A DNA stretch of 64,000 bases from Octopus bimaculoides (GCF_001194135.2 NC_068993.1:16737891-16801890); one strand, 5' to 3'. Shown: positions 23,219-36,117, numbered from the stretch's first letter. The notes: a model not told the origin generated them from the letters alone. Numbers and translations: made by a program.

Positions 23219-24474
23219 CACAGACATGACAGAAGTAAATAGACACCCTTATAATCATTAAAATTTCTTCAAATCTGAAATTATACTTTCAGGTTATTTT
23301 ATTAATTGTTATAATGTGAGTATTTAATATTTAGTAGACATGCATTTTGCATTTTTCAATGCAAGGACACTATTAGGCATGTTATTGATCAGATGATGAA
23401 TATTCCCTTGTGGAATTTCTTGCCAAGTTTCATGCAGTTATCTCAAAAGATCTGGCTTTTTATGAAGTATCCTGTCCATTATGAAGTGTCCTGTCCATTA
23501 TGTCCCAGAGGTGTTCAATAGGATTCATATCTGGTGACTGGCTTGGCCATGGAAGCTTTTTAATACTATTTTCACCCAACAAATCTTGGGTCATTTTAGC
23601 AGTGTGAAAAGGAACCCCATCTTCCACAAAGAAAGAGTCTTCTTTAATCATTTCACCACTGGAGAAGTTTGGAAGGAGTCCTTTCTGCAAGATGGACGCA
23701 TATCTATCTGAGTTTATGTTTGCCTCACACTCCACCAGCTTTGATCAGCCATTGCTCCAAATTGCTCCCCAGACCATCACAAAATAACTGCCGTGTTTCA
23801 TTGTTGGCTGCAATCTTTTTGCATCAAATACTTGATCTCAGAGTCTCCAGACCACACTCGATCACTGTCAGGAAATACAGCAAATCTCGAATCATCAGAG
23901 AAGATGACAGTGTCCCAAAATACTATTGGCCTCTCAACTATCTCACTGGCCCAATCTTTTCTCCGCTTGATGTTGGCTGGTCGAAGAAGTGGCTTCTTTC
24001 TTGCTGCTCTGTTATAGTAGCCAAGTTTGTGGAGATACCTGACAGCTGTTCTGGGACTGACATCAACTTGTTCTGCTATGTCAGAGGCCTTGCAATAAGG
24101 ATTATCCTCCACACTTCTCTTAAGAAAGCGAAGGGTCCTGTCAGAGGGCCCTGGTTGATCAGGGCAAGGTGATGTGGACTCCTTTCCCTCTCTGGTGAAT
24201 TTCCCAATCACTCTATTAAATGTAGAAAGCAGGATTCCATGGTTTTCTGAGATTTTACGCTGACCTATGTCCACCTTCAGAATGACCCACTATATGGCCT
24301 CTTTGAAATACAGACAGTTCCAAGGCTTCTTTTGTACATGGCATGATTAAACAGTCACATATAGAACCTGAAACATAAAAATGTCAGTTAATAGAAAATT
24401 ATAAACCTTTATAAGTTAGAATAAACATAAAACAATGTTTAATGGGGTGTCTATTTACTTTTGTTATGTCTGTG
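23219..24474 (-). mobile_element. Tc1-like transposon, 1256 bp, 30-bp TIRs, TA TSD, frameshifted transposase
   Basis: TIRs cacagacatgacagaagtaaatagacaccc and gggtgtctatttacttttgttatgtctgtg. ORFs 23798-24274 (RKKPLL, VIFSDDSRF) and 23460-23735 (WPSQSPDMNPIEHLW, a DD34E-type motif). Confidence 0.95.
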
Positions 24475-24489
24475 TATATGTATATTTTT

Positions 24490-24628
24490 AGCATTAAGAA
24501 GGGCATCCAGCTGTAGAAACCATGCCAAAACAGACAATGGAACTTGGTGCAGCTCCCTACCTTGCCAGCGCCTGCCAAACCATCCAACTCATGCCAGCAA
24601 GGAAAACAAACATTAAATGATGATGATA
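24490..24628 (+). mobile_element. RTE 3' end fragment (family B)
   Basis: aagggcatccagctgtagaaac...catccaactcatgccagca...ttaaatgatgatg. Confidence 0.75.
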
Positions 24629-24641
24629 TATATTTGTAATA

Positions 24642-24679
<38 letters not shown>

Positions 24680-24855
24680 TATATATATATGCACCAGCAT
24701 GACCGCAGCCACTTGGCTGAAACACATAAATAAAAAATATAAAAAAATATATATACACACAAATATATTTGTATTATATATAATATATACATATATATTT
24801 GTAATATATATAATATATAAATATATATTTCTAATACATATATAATATACACATA

Positions 24856-24886
<31 letters not shown>

Positions 24887-25134
24887 NNNNNNNNNNNNNN
24901 NNNNNNNNNNNNNNNNNNNNNNNNNNNNNNNNNNNNNNNNNNNNNNNNNNNNNNNNNNNNNNNNNNNNNNNNNNNNNNNNNNNNNNNNNNNNNNNNNNNN
25001 NNNNNNNNNNNNNNNNNNNNNNNNNNNNNNNNNNNNNNNNNNNNNNNNNNNNNNNNNNNNNNNNNNNNNNNNNNNNNNNNNNNNNNNNNNNNNNNNNNNN
25101 NNNNNNNNNNNNNNNNNNNNNNNNNNNNNNNNNN
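24887..25134. other. Assembly gap (248 N) flanked by (TA)n
   Basis: N run. Confidence 1.
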
Positions 25135-25849
25135 TATATATATATATATATAACTATTGGTATTGGTAAATATTGGTCCTACTGGAATCTATAACATTGC
25201 TATATTGATAAACATACAGAGTACCATATTAATAGCGATATCAAGACCATGTTTTTTTCAGAGGTTTATATTTGAAGTATATACAGCAACATTTATATAT
25301 TTTTAATACACATGATGATTATGAATTTATATGCATGATGATCAAGAATTTATGGAGTATGACAACTGACCCCAGGTCCATAATCTTCAGCCATTGTGCA
25401 TTATGCTGCTCCAGGGCAAGGTCCCTAACTCTGCCTACCCTGATTTTTTTTTTGATTGAAGAGTGTGAAATCTCATGGTTGATCAAAAGCACATATTCCA
25501 CTGCTCCACCATTGAGTGGTTTACAGTTGAAAGTTCATTATTATCTTTTTGATGTCTACCTTTTCTTGGTTAACATGGATTAGATGAAGCTTATTGAGAC
25601 TGTTTTTCTGTGGCTGGATGCCCTTCCTGTCATCAACCTTGATTTGTTTCCATGTAAAGTACTACTTCTCTTGGTCTTTCAGACAACAAACAGGTCAATG
25701 GCTAGACATGTTTTTGTGGCAGATATATATAATGCCAATAAACAGTGACATTGCTTAAAGGCAGATTGCAAGCAAAGTCAAGACAATTGGAGGATACAAA
25801 CATACGCACATACATAATACATACATACATACATACATACATACATACA

Positions 25850-26250
25850 TAGGTGTAGGAGTGGCTGTGTGGTAAGTAGCTTGCTTATGAACCACATGGT
25901 TCCAGGTTCAGTCCCACTACGTGACATCTTGGGCAAGTGTCTTCTACTATAGCCTCAGGCTGACCAAAGCCTTGTGAGTGGATTTGGTAGACGGAAACTG
26001 AAAGAAGCCCGTCGTATATATATATATATATATATATATGTGCGCGTGTGTGTGTGTCTATGTTTGTCCCCCCATCATTGCTTCACAACTGATGCTGGTG
26101 TGTTTACATCTCCGTAACTTAGCGGTTTGGCGAAAGTAACCAATAGAATAAGTACTAGGCTTACAAAGAAAAAGTCTTGGGGTTGATTTGATCAACTAAA
26201 GGCGGTGCTCCAGCATGGCCACAGTAAAATGACTGAAACAAGTTAAAGAG
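25850..26250 (+). mobile_element. Family A SINE, near full length
   Basis: aggagtggctgtgtggtaagtagcttgc...ggttcagtccc...(TA)n(TG)n...ggcggtgctccagcatggcc...tgactgaaacaag. Confidence 0.9.
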
Positions 26251-26519
26251 TATACATACATACAGCTTCTGTACAGTTTCCATCTACTAATTCCATTCAC
26301 AAGGTAATTGATCAGCCCAAGGTTACAGTAAAAGGCTTTTGCATATGATGACATAATTGAAATAAACCTGAAGCCATGTGATTGCAAGTAATTACATAGC
26401 CATGCCTGCATCCATCCATAAAAACCATTTCTGTTCACAAAGTACCAATGAAACTATGGAATAATGGTCATAGAAAGAAAAACAAGAACTATTGTTGTAC
26501 TGGTTTTATTATAGGAAGG

Positions 26520-26900
26520 GCTCAGGTAGCAAGTTCACAGAATCATTAGCACACTGAGCAAACTGCTTTGTGGTATTTCATTCATATTCTGTGTTCAAAT
26601 TCTGTCATGGTCAACTTTGCCTTTCATCCTGTCAGTGTCCATAAAATATGTACCCTCTCCCAAAATTGCTGGCCTTGTTCAAAACCCTTATTATAGGAAG
26701 GGCTACTAGTTATTGTATTGGCAGAGTTGGTAAAGCATCAGACAAAAAGGCTTTGTGGTATTTAGTTGTCACTTGACATTCTGAGTTTGCAATTTGTCAA
26801 TGTCAGCTTCGCTTTCATTCTTCCAGGTTGCATAAAATAAAGTACTCAGTTTAGTTGCAGGATAGGTATAATTGGCATTACACCTCCTCCAAAATATGTA
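26520..26900 (+). mobile_element. Two tandem family C SINE copies
   Basis: Two units with gttcaaattc/ctgagtttg and gtcaactttgcctttcatcc. Confidence 0.65.
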
Positions 26901-27414
26901 TGGTTCTGTACTTATGAATATGTTAGAAAATACTTATTATGTACAAAATTCAGTTGACTTAATTGATATAATATGAGACAACTATCTCAAAACAGTGGTT
27001 TGTATCTATTACCAGTACTGGTTTGTGTTTGTGACCAAAATACTTAATTCTCAGACATCTAGTCCATTTAGCTAATCCAAATAGGTACCATATGATAGGT
27101 GCAGTTTACTATTGTAAGTAGAAACAGTACTGTAAATTCTTGTTTTTTTTTTCACTATTTAACATTTGTTTAAATGGTGATGAAAAAAGGACAAATATTC
27201 CCTGTTCTTATATTGCTGAGTTCAACTCTCAGCATCCTCATTTTTGATCTCTCTGATTGGGTACCCATGTATCTCCTCCACAGCAAGTCACCTGTTTCTG
27301 TCTCACTGTAACGTTTCACCACCTGGTGCAAAGCCCCACCCCCACAATCAAAGATCTTTGTCTTGCAGGTTACTTCATACCCTTGCCAGTGCTGGTGCAT
27401 CCAGTCCACACTGT

Positions 27415-27845
27415 AAATTGCGATAAGATGCTGCTGGTGTGGTTCACTCCTGGTTACAGGCTCACTGCAGTTGACTACAGGGACATCTTGGCCATGAAAG
27501 TCTTGCCTTGGGTGAGAAAGATCACGAAGAGGGTGGACTACTTCATTCAACAGGACAATGTCCTGGCCCACATAGACAAGGCTGTGCAAGAGTAGTTGGA
27601 GTTGAGCATGAACTTCTAGTAGAAGGATTTTTGGCCACCACAGTCACCCAAATGTAACCCCCTTGACTACAGCATGTGGGCGCATGTTGAGGACAAGACC
27701 TACAAGGTCTGCCATAGCCGAAGAGCTGAAGCCCTCTGTCAACCACATGTGGGCCAGCATGAGGAAGGACTTCATCCACGTGTGCATGGCCTTCAGGTCT
27801 CACTTGGAGCATGTGCTCACCATCAAGGGTGGCCACATTGATTAA
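27415..27845 (+). mobile_element. Tc1/mariner-superfamily transposase C-terminal relic (maT/DD37D-like)
   Basis: WFTPGYRLTAVDYRDILAMKVLPWV...FIQQDNVLAH...WPPQSPKCNPLDYSMW...IKGGHID*; stops present, TIRs not found. Confidence 0.75.
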
Positions 27846-28197
27846 TATTAATATTTAAACACATGTTTACATGTTAAAACAATAAAGACACGTCTAACTG
27901 CATCAAAACTATCATTGTGTCCTTTGGTGAGAGCATCATAACAAGTGTAGCAGGATTTTTGCAAAGCCTGGTATATATTTTCCCACTGTCCAGCATTCAT
28001 GTTTTTTAAATATACATAATGCATAAACAGAGCCTGAAAGATTGCTTGGAGATACAAGATGTATTTTATAAACGTGCCTAGTTAAAATATCATAAAAGCG
28101 TGAAATTATTTGTAGCTCTTTCAGTTATGTATTTAAACTGATATTTATCTCTCACTGGACAGAATACTTTATTTGTTGATTCTACATATATTGGATC

Positions 28198-28206
28198 TAT
28201 TAACTA

Positions 28207-28257
<51 letters not shown>

Positions 28258-28277
28258 TTATCTACCTATCTATCTAC

Positions 28278-28358
<81 letters not shown>
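28198..28358. repeat. (TATC)n tetranucleotide repeat running into a 51-N gap (28359-28409)
   Basis: Direct reading. Confidence 0.95.
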
Positions 28359-28582
28359 NNNNNNNNNNNNNNNNNNNNNNNNNNNNNNNNNNNNNNNNNN
28401 NNNNNNNNNATATATATATATATATAATGTATGTATGTATACATACATACATACAACTGGCTATCTTGCTCTAGATTAGTGTTTGTCAACGTTTTACCAC
28501 ATTTGGCACGTTAAGAATACTCTGTGGCCCAGGTTTATTCATTTCTTGAGGAAATGTTCTTCAGATTTATATATTTTCTTAA

Positions 28583-28912
28583 AAAAACAAATCTTGCTTT
28601 GCAACCACATGGTTTTGGGTTCAATCCTATGGTACCTTGGAGCAAGAGTCTTCTACTATAGCCCTGGGCCAACCAATGCCTTGAGGGTGACTTTGGTAGA
28701 CAGAAACCATGTGGAAATCCATCATATATGTATATATGTGTCTTTGTGCTTGGAAACTGGTATTGGTTTCTTTATGCTCTTGGAACCTAGCAATTTCAGC
28801 AAAAGAAACTGATGAGATAAGTACCAGACTTAAAAATCAGTACTGGTATTCATTTGTTCAACTAAACACTTCAAGGCTTGGCCACAGTCTAGTGATTGAA
28901 ACAAGTAAAAAA
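28583..28912 (+). mobile_element. Family A SINE, diverged
   Basis: caaccacatggttttgggttcaatcct...cttctactatagccc...gtaccagac...tgattgaaacaagtaaaa. Confidence 0.7.
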
Positions 28913-29164
28913 TAAATGACATATATTGTTTTGTAGACCTCACACTTACCACATACTGCATAATATAACATATTCATGGAACATTTTATATGTTATTAAA
29001 TATTTCAGAACTAAAAGATTTTGTCTTTGCAACCCTTTTAGAATCGATTAATTATACAATTGTTTTTTGGTTGGAAACTGCAACTCTAAATAATGTACAT
29101 GATGGTGATATCTTCAGTTGTGAGCCAACTGTATATAGAAAGCTTTATGGGTCATAACTACATT

Positions 29165-29355
29165 CTCTCGCTATTGGCCATGCTTGGGCACTGCCTTGAA
29201 GGGTTTTTGGCTGAACAAATTGACCCTAATGTTTTTTTGTTTTAAACCCCATACTAATTCTATTGGTCTTTTTTTGCTCTTTTGCTGAACTGCTAAGTTA
29301 TGGGGTTGTAAACACACCAACACCAGTTGTCAGGCAGTAATGGGGACAGTCACAG

Positions 29356-29404
<49 letters not shown>

Positions 29405-29548
29405 GCTTCTTTCAGTTTCCATCTATGAAATCCACTCACAAGGTTTTGGCCAGCTCCAGAGTATAGAAAATACTTGCCCAAGGTACCACACAGAACCCAG
29501 AACCATGTGGTTGGGAAGCAAGCTTCTTACCACACAGCCACACCTGCA
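29165..29548 (-). mobile_element. Family A SINE
   Basis: Reverse complement of the head (cttaccacacagccacacctgcacc), central (CA)(TA)n and tail. Confidence 0.85.
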
Positions 29549-29892
29549 CCTAAGTATAATAAATTTTTAGAAACAAGTGGGGGGAGGCGGGGTGTAATAT
29601 TTTAAAAACATATTCTTAATGTCTCAAAAATTAAAAGCATGGTCCAGTGTAGGTTAAGATATTTAATCTAAAGGTCATTAGTTCAATCTATGCTGGAGGC
29701 ATTACAATATAAGTTCATCGTTCAAATATTTTAACCTCCCTTCTAGAAGAACAAAATATCATTCTTCACATTTATGCTTAACATTTAAAAAATAATTAAT
29801 TCTCGTCTGCCAATGATATAATATTGATTGCTTTTATAATACATCACGAGTCCTTATGCGAGATCCCCTCAAAGTAAAAGGGTAAAAACTCC

Positions 29893-30218
29893 CATTGGTC
29901 ATGAATGACCATGGGATTGCACCTAGAAAGTTCCCCTCTGAGACACAAGTCCAGGCAAGGTTGTTTATGGAAGACCAGCAGTCGCCCTTACATGCCAACC
30001 CCCACTCTCCACACTACCGATGTTATCCAAAGGAAAAGCAAAGGCTGATGCAGCTTGGCACCAGTGATGTTGCAACTCATTTCTACAACTGAGTGGACTG
30101 GAGCAACGTGAAATAAAGCATCTTGCTTAAGAGCACAACACACAGCCCAGTCTGGGAATTGAACTCATTACCTCATGATTATGAGCCCAATACTCTAACC
30201 ACCAAAAGCCATGCACCT
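29893..30218 (-). mobile_element. Family D SINE
   Basis: Colinear with 2408-2695, ending ...ctctaaccac...agccatgcacctt (tRNA-like head on the minus strand). Confidence 0.85.
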
Positions 30219-30571
30219 TTGTTACAGGATTCTGTGTTCTAACACTACCTCCATGTTAAGATCAAAATTAAGATTACTCAACATTTAGGTTACCTAACAG
30301 TTAACCATGAAATTTTATAGACAGAAAGCATTAAAGTGAATTAACTTATTATGTGAGAAGTGAGTAAGAAAGCTTACATTTCAGACACTTGTTCTTTGGT
30401 GAGGAAAAGGAAAAATAAAGTTTTTAACCAATGTTGAGGTTGATACGAAATAATTATAAAATAGTTACTGAGGAAACCTCAATGTCTTTCAAAGCACACT
30501 CTACTATTTTAAAAAGAAGGTACATAGGATAATATGATTTAAAAAATACTTGATCAAAAAACTTGTGTATG

Positions 30572-32235
30572 TAGGTGCAGGAGTGGCTGTGTGGTAAGTA
30601 GCTTGCTTATCAACCACATGGTTCCGGGTTCAGTCCCACTGCGTGGCACCTTGGGCAAGTGTCTTCTACTATAGCCTCGGGCCGACCAAAGCCTTGTGAG
30701 TGGATTTGGTAGACGGAAACTGAAAGAATCCTGTTGTATATATGTATATATATAAGAGGTGCAGCAACATCAAAGGCAGGTTAACTAGCAAGTTAGTTTT
30801 TGTTTGTGGCAGATGTTCAGGTGCAATAAAGACTGTAAACAAACAGGAAACAACTTCTATCTCATTCCAGGGTGAAAAACTAGAGGTAGTCGATAGCTTC
30901 CGCNNNNNNNNNNNNNNNNNNNNNNNNNNNNNNNNNNNNNNNNNNNNNNNNNNNNNNNNNNNNNNNNNNNNNNNNNNNNNNNNNNNNNNNNNNNNNNNNN
31001 NNNNNNNNNNNNNNNNNNNNNNNNNNNNNNNNNNNNNNNNNNNNNNNNNNNNNNNNNNNNNNNNNNNNNNNNNNNNNNNNNNNNNNNNNNNNNNNNNNNN
31101 NNNNNNNNNNNNNNNNNNNNNNNNNNNNNNNNNNNNNNNNNNNNNNNNNNNNNNNNNNNNNNNNNNNNNNNNNNNNNNNNNNNNNNNNNNNNNNNNNNNN
31201 NNNNNNNNNNNNNNNNNNNNNNNNNNNNNNNNNNNNNNNNNNNNNNNNNNNNNNNNNNNNNNNNNNNNNNNNNNNNNNNNNNNNNNNNNNNNNNNNNNNN
31301 NNNNNNNNNNNNNNNNNNNNNNNNNNNNNNNNNNNNNNNNNNNNNNNNNNNNNNNNNNNNNNNNNNNNNNNNNNNNNNNNNNNNNNNNNNNNNNNNNNNN
31401 NNNNNNNNNNNNNNNNNNNNNNNNNNNNNNNNNNNNNNNNNNNNNNNNNNNNNNNNNNNNNNNNNNNNNNNNNNNNNNNNNNNNNNNNNNNNNNNNNNNN
31501 NNNNNNNNNNNNNNNNNNNNNNNNNNNNNNNNNNNNNNNNNNNNNNNNNNNNNNNNNNNNNNNNNNNNNNNNNNNNNNNNNNNNNNNNNNNNNNNNNNNN
31601 NNNNNNNNNNNNNNNNNNNNNNNNNNNNNNNNNNNNNNNNNNNNNNNNNNNNNNNNNNNNNNNNNNNNNNNNNNNNNNNNNNNNNNNNNNNNNNNNNNNN
31701 NNNNNNNNNNNNNNNNNNNNNNNNNNNNNNNNNNNNNNNNNNNNNNNNNNNNNNNNNNNNNNNNNNNNNNNNNNNNNNNNNNNNNNNNNNNNNNNNNNNN
31801 NNNNNNNNNNNNNNNNNNNNNNNNNNNNNNNNNNNNNNNNNNNNNNNNNNNNNNNNNNNNNNNNNNNNNNNNNNNNNNNNAGGGCATCCAGCTGTAGAAA
31901 CTCTGCCAAATTAGATTGGAGCCTGGTGTTGCCATCCGGTTTCACCAGTCCTCAGTCAAATCGTCCAACCCATGCTAGCATGGAAAGCGGACGTTAAACG
32001 ATGATGATGATGATGATGATGATGTATATGTTTGTGTGTTTGTCCCCCCCAACATCGCTTGACAACCGATGCTGGTGTGTTTACGTCCCCGTAACTTAGC
32101 GGTTCGACAAAAGAGACCGATAAAATAAGTACTAGGCTTACAAAGAATAAGTCCCGAGGTCAATTTGTTCGACTAAAAAGGCAGTGCTCCAGCATGGCCG
32201 CAGTCAAATGACTGAAACAAGTTAAAGAGTAAAAG
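30572..32235 (+). mobile_element. Family A SINE split by a nested RTE LINE (SINE head 30572-30751, SINE tail 32025-32235)
   Basis: The head ends in (TA)n and the tail resumes tatatgtttgtgtgtttgtccccccc after the LINE (GAT)n tail. Confidence 0.85.
30752..32024 (+). mobile_element. 5'-truncated young RTE LINE (interior hidden by the 977-N gap 30904-31880)
   Basis: KRCSNIKGRLTSKLVFVCGRCSG...GEKLEVVDSFR before the gap; family B 3' end and (GAT)n tail after it; 1 mismatch in 135 nt versus 63703-63837. Confidence 0.85.
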
Positions 32236-33117
32236 GTAAAAAGATGATGAGATGGTCATGGATAGAATGCCTTTAATCTGTTCTGCAAGGAGTCTTTTTT
32301 ATTTTGGAGCTCTAACAACAACAATAACAACTGTTCAATAGCTAGCAAGGGAACCCCAACTTGCCAGAAACAGCAGTAAAAATCACACCTTCGAAAGGAA
32401 GGATACATTGCACAAAGCAGTTATAGGCACCCTGTGACTTGATAATAATTAAAGACAGGACAATCAAATACTTTTGAGTACAAGTCTGTTTGGTCAGGGC
32501 TGACCTGGGGTTAAACAACAACGATTGTTTGGTGACTCATATTCAATCATGAAAACATTACGTTAGAGAAAAGCATGAATATCACACAATCATATTTCTT
32601 TTCTTTTTGTGAAAGCTTGAAAGCCTTGCCAACAATCAATAATGATATATATGTGTTTGTAAAGATAAAATATAAATATTTATGCTTCCCATGTTGTAGC
32701 TTTGCAATAAATAGTCAGTTATTTGACTTTTCCAACTGGTCTGAGATATCCATTAATAAATTGACTTCTGAGAAAGCCAGGAACAGGAAGTTGAGATGTT
32801 TATGCCTTTTCTCAAGAGCATAAAAGGAAGTCACATATAGTTACAGTAGAGAATCAAAATTGGACATATTGGATAATATAATCCTAGGTACATTATGCCT
32901 GAATAAATGACAAGATGTCACAGTGGGAATATCTAGATTGTAAGCCTGCTTTATCATGGCTGAGCTCAGGAAAAAACAATAATATTTAAGAGTGAAAAGT
33001 AACATTATTTATTTTTGGGGTAAGTAAAACGGTTGGTAACAGGAAGGGCATTTGGGTGTAAAATATTGCTTTGTAAAATTTATCGAACCTATTCCAGCAT
33101 TGAAAATTGGATGTAAA

Positions 33118-33300
33118 TTTGTGTGGCTGTGTGGTAAGAAGTTTGCTTCCCAACCACATGGTTCTGGATTCAGTCCCACTGTACTGCACCTTGGACAAGT
33201 ATCTTCTACTATAGCCCCAGGACAACCAAAGCCTAGTGGGTGGATTTGGGAAGCAGAAACTGAAAGAAGTTCATTGTGTATGTGTGTAGGTGGGTGCATG
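33118..33300 (+). mobile_element. Family A SINE head
   Basis: gtggctgtgtggtaagaagtttgcttcccaaccacatggttctggattcagtcccact. Confidence 0.75.
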
Positions 33301-33562
33301 TGTTTCTGTCTCTGTCTTAACATCACATGATAGTTGTAAATGAGTGTCACTGTCACAAAGCAGTGTCATTCATTTCTAATGTTCAGTTTGAATAAGTCTG
33401 ACCATGGGGAAACATTACCTTGTTTGAGATCAGGGGAGGGCTGCTGACTGGAAGGGCATCTAGGTGTAGAAAAATCTGCCTCAAATAAACTCTGTACAAT
33501 CTATGCAAGCATGGAAAAGTGTACGTTGAATGGTTATAATCAAAATAATGAAGATGATATAT

Positions 33563-33714
33563 ATCATCATCATCATCATCATCGTTTAACGTCCGCTTTC
33601 CATGCTAGCATGGGTTGGACGATTTGACTGAGGACTGGTGAAACCGGATGGCAACACCAGGCTCCAATCTAATTTGGCAGAGTTTCTACAGCTGGATGCC
33701 CTTCCTAACGCCAA
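33563..33714 (-). mobile_element. Very short (~150 nt) young RTE 3' retrocopy inserted in a (TA)n tract
   Basis: Exact reverse complement of 31881-~32020, with (CAT)n tail and atatat flanks. Confidence 0.9.
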
Positions 33715-33749
<35 letters not shown>

Positions 33750-33755
33750 GTAAAG

Positions 33756-34682
33756 TTGACTGGTGACTGTTGGTGCTGCCACCTACAGTTGCTTTTGGAG
33801 TGAGAAAAAGAGAGTTTACTATGAAATAAAAGAGAGGGTGAAGTTTCCTTTTAAGGGGTGAGAACTGCTATGGACTTACAATTTATTATTATTATTATGA
33901 GAAGTTTTGTTTTTTCTTATGAAAGAGAGAGCATACAAAATAATATTTCCGTATAATCCTTTTTTTTTTTTTTTGTCGTTTTAAGTGTCCTAGTAATTTT
34001 AGAAAACATTATTTCATCCTCAGTGCAACATAACTTGAGATCATGAAATTAGTTGGTTTAAGTTCATTTGAAACCTTTAGGAATTATATACAATCAATTT
34101 CTTCTTCTATTTAAAAAAATTTTTTTTTTTACTCTTTTAACATTGGAGAAAAGGAGTGAAAAAATAGCTGCAGGGAAATGAATGCCCTAGAATCATTTAA
34201 AATTAAAATTAACATTGTATACAAGTGTGGTCGATATTTTCTATTTTTTTTACTTTTAACATTGGAGGAGCAATGAAGAGGGAAAGAGATTGAGTGATAG
34301 AAAAGGGGAAAGTCTCTCATGTGCTTAGCTTTTCAGTCTGGGAATTTTTGAAGGATCGTGTTTTATTTCTCCCCTTTTTCCCCTTCCAGTATTTATTTGC
34401 CTTGTTTGATAGTTCTTCATGTTGGCATGTTTACTGTTTTCTCTACAAACTACATACAAGTCCCTCTGTTTTTCTCTGGTACCAATGTGGGATCTCTGGT
34501 CATATTTCTGTGTTGCTTATCATGTTGGGATGACTTGGGAGCAGTTTCCAATATATTTCATTTTGCCATGGCATCTTGCCATCAGGTTTGTGTGTAGCAT
34601 TCAGAATTCAACTGCCATTTAACGCATGTGGGAAATTTGACTGGCGACTGTTGGTGCTGCCACCTACAGTTGCTTTTGGAGT
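33756..34682 (+). repeat. Pair of 46-bp direct repeats (33756-33801, 34637-34682), period 881 bp
   Basis: ttgactgg(t/c)gactgttggtgctgccacctacagttgcttttggagt, 1 mismatch. Confidence 0.9.
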
Positions 34683-34866
34683 AAGAGAGAGAGAGAGAAG
34701 GAGAGTTTCCAAGAAATGATATATCTTGATGCAGATATAATTCTATGTAATGGCTAGAGAGTAAAGCATTAAGAAATTGTCATAACAGTTTCATATATAT
34801 CTAAATACATGCAAAAGACATATACATGTAACAACAAAATGAGATATAGACAGCAAGCACTTATAC

Positions 34867-34897
<31 letters not shown>

Positions 34898-35090
34898 TAC
34901 TTCTGCCACACTGTTTCATTCAAGCACAGAGCATGGTTGTGTGGCTAAGAAGTTCACTTCACAGCCTTGTTGTGTCAGGTTCCATCCTATTGTATAGCGC
35001 ATTGGACAAGTGTCTTCTATTAACTATAACTCCGAGAAGACCAATGCTTCATGAATGAAATTTGTTAGATGGAAACTGTGCTGATGACTG

Positions 35091-35141
<51 letters not shown>

Positions 35142-36117
35142 NNNNNNNNNNNNNNNNNNNNNNNNNNNNNNNNNNNNNNNNNNNNNNNNNNNNNNNNNNN
35201 NNNNNNNNNNNNNNNNNNNNNNNNNNNNNNNNNNNNNNNNNNNNNNNNNNNNNNNNNNNNNNNNNNNNNNNNNNNNNNNNNNNNNNNNNNNNNNNNNNNN
35301 NNNNNNNNNNNNNNNNNNNNNNNNNNNNNNNNNNNNNNNNNNNNNNNNNNNNNNNNNNNNNNNNNNNNNNNNNNNNNNNNNNNNNNNNNNNNNNNNNNNN
35401 NNNNNNNNNNNNNNNNNNNNNNNNNNNNNNNNNNNNNNNNNNNNNNNNNNNNNNNNNNNNNNNNNNNNNNNNNNNNNNNNNNNNNNNNNNNNNNNNNNNN
35501 NNNNNNNNNNNNNNNNNNNNNNNNNNNNNNNNNNNNNNNNNNNNNNNNNNNNNNNNNNNNNNNNNNNNNNNNNNNNNNNNNNNNNNNNNNNNNNNNNNNN
35601 NNNNNNNNNNNNNNNNNNNNNNNNNNNNNNNNNNNNNNNNNNNNNNNNNNNNNNNNNNNNNNNNNNNNNNNNNNNNNNNNNNNNNNNNNNNNNNNNNNNN
35701 NNNNNNNNNNNNNNNNNNNNNNNNNNNNNNNNNNNNNNNNNNNNNNNNNNNNNNNNNNNNNNNNNNNNNNNNNNNNNNNNNNNNNNNNNNNNNNNNNNNN
35801 NNNNNNNNNNNNNNNNNNNNNNNNNNNNNNNNNNNNNNNNNNNNNNNNNNNNNNNNNNNNNNNNNNNNNNNNNNNNNNNNNNNNNNNNNNNNNNNNNNNN
35901 NNNNNNNNNNNNNNNNNNNNNNNNNNNNNNNNNNNNNNNNNNNNNNNNNNNNNNNNNNNNNNNNNNNNNNNNNNNNNNNNNNNNNNNNNNNNNNNNNNNN
36001 NNNNNNNNNNNNNNNNNNNNNNNNNNNNNNNNNNNNNNNNNNNNNNNNNNNNNNNNNNNNNNNNNNNNNNNNNNNNNNNNNNNNNNNNNNNNNNNNNNNN
36101 NNNNNNNNNNNNNNNNN
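35142..36117. other. Assembly gap (976 N)
   Basis: N run after the (TG)n of a family A SINE head (34928-35141). Confidence 1.

Noticed and set aside
25340-25600. Possible minus-strand mariner N-terminal relic
   Set aside because: Only a faint resemblance (SHSSIKK...GRQS) and no TIRs; not supportable by eye.
30742-31945. Long ORFs (350-390 aa) in the ORF track
   Set aside because: Artefacts of translating through the N gap; only the flanking RTE residues are real.
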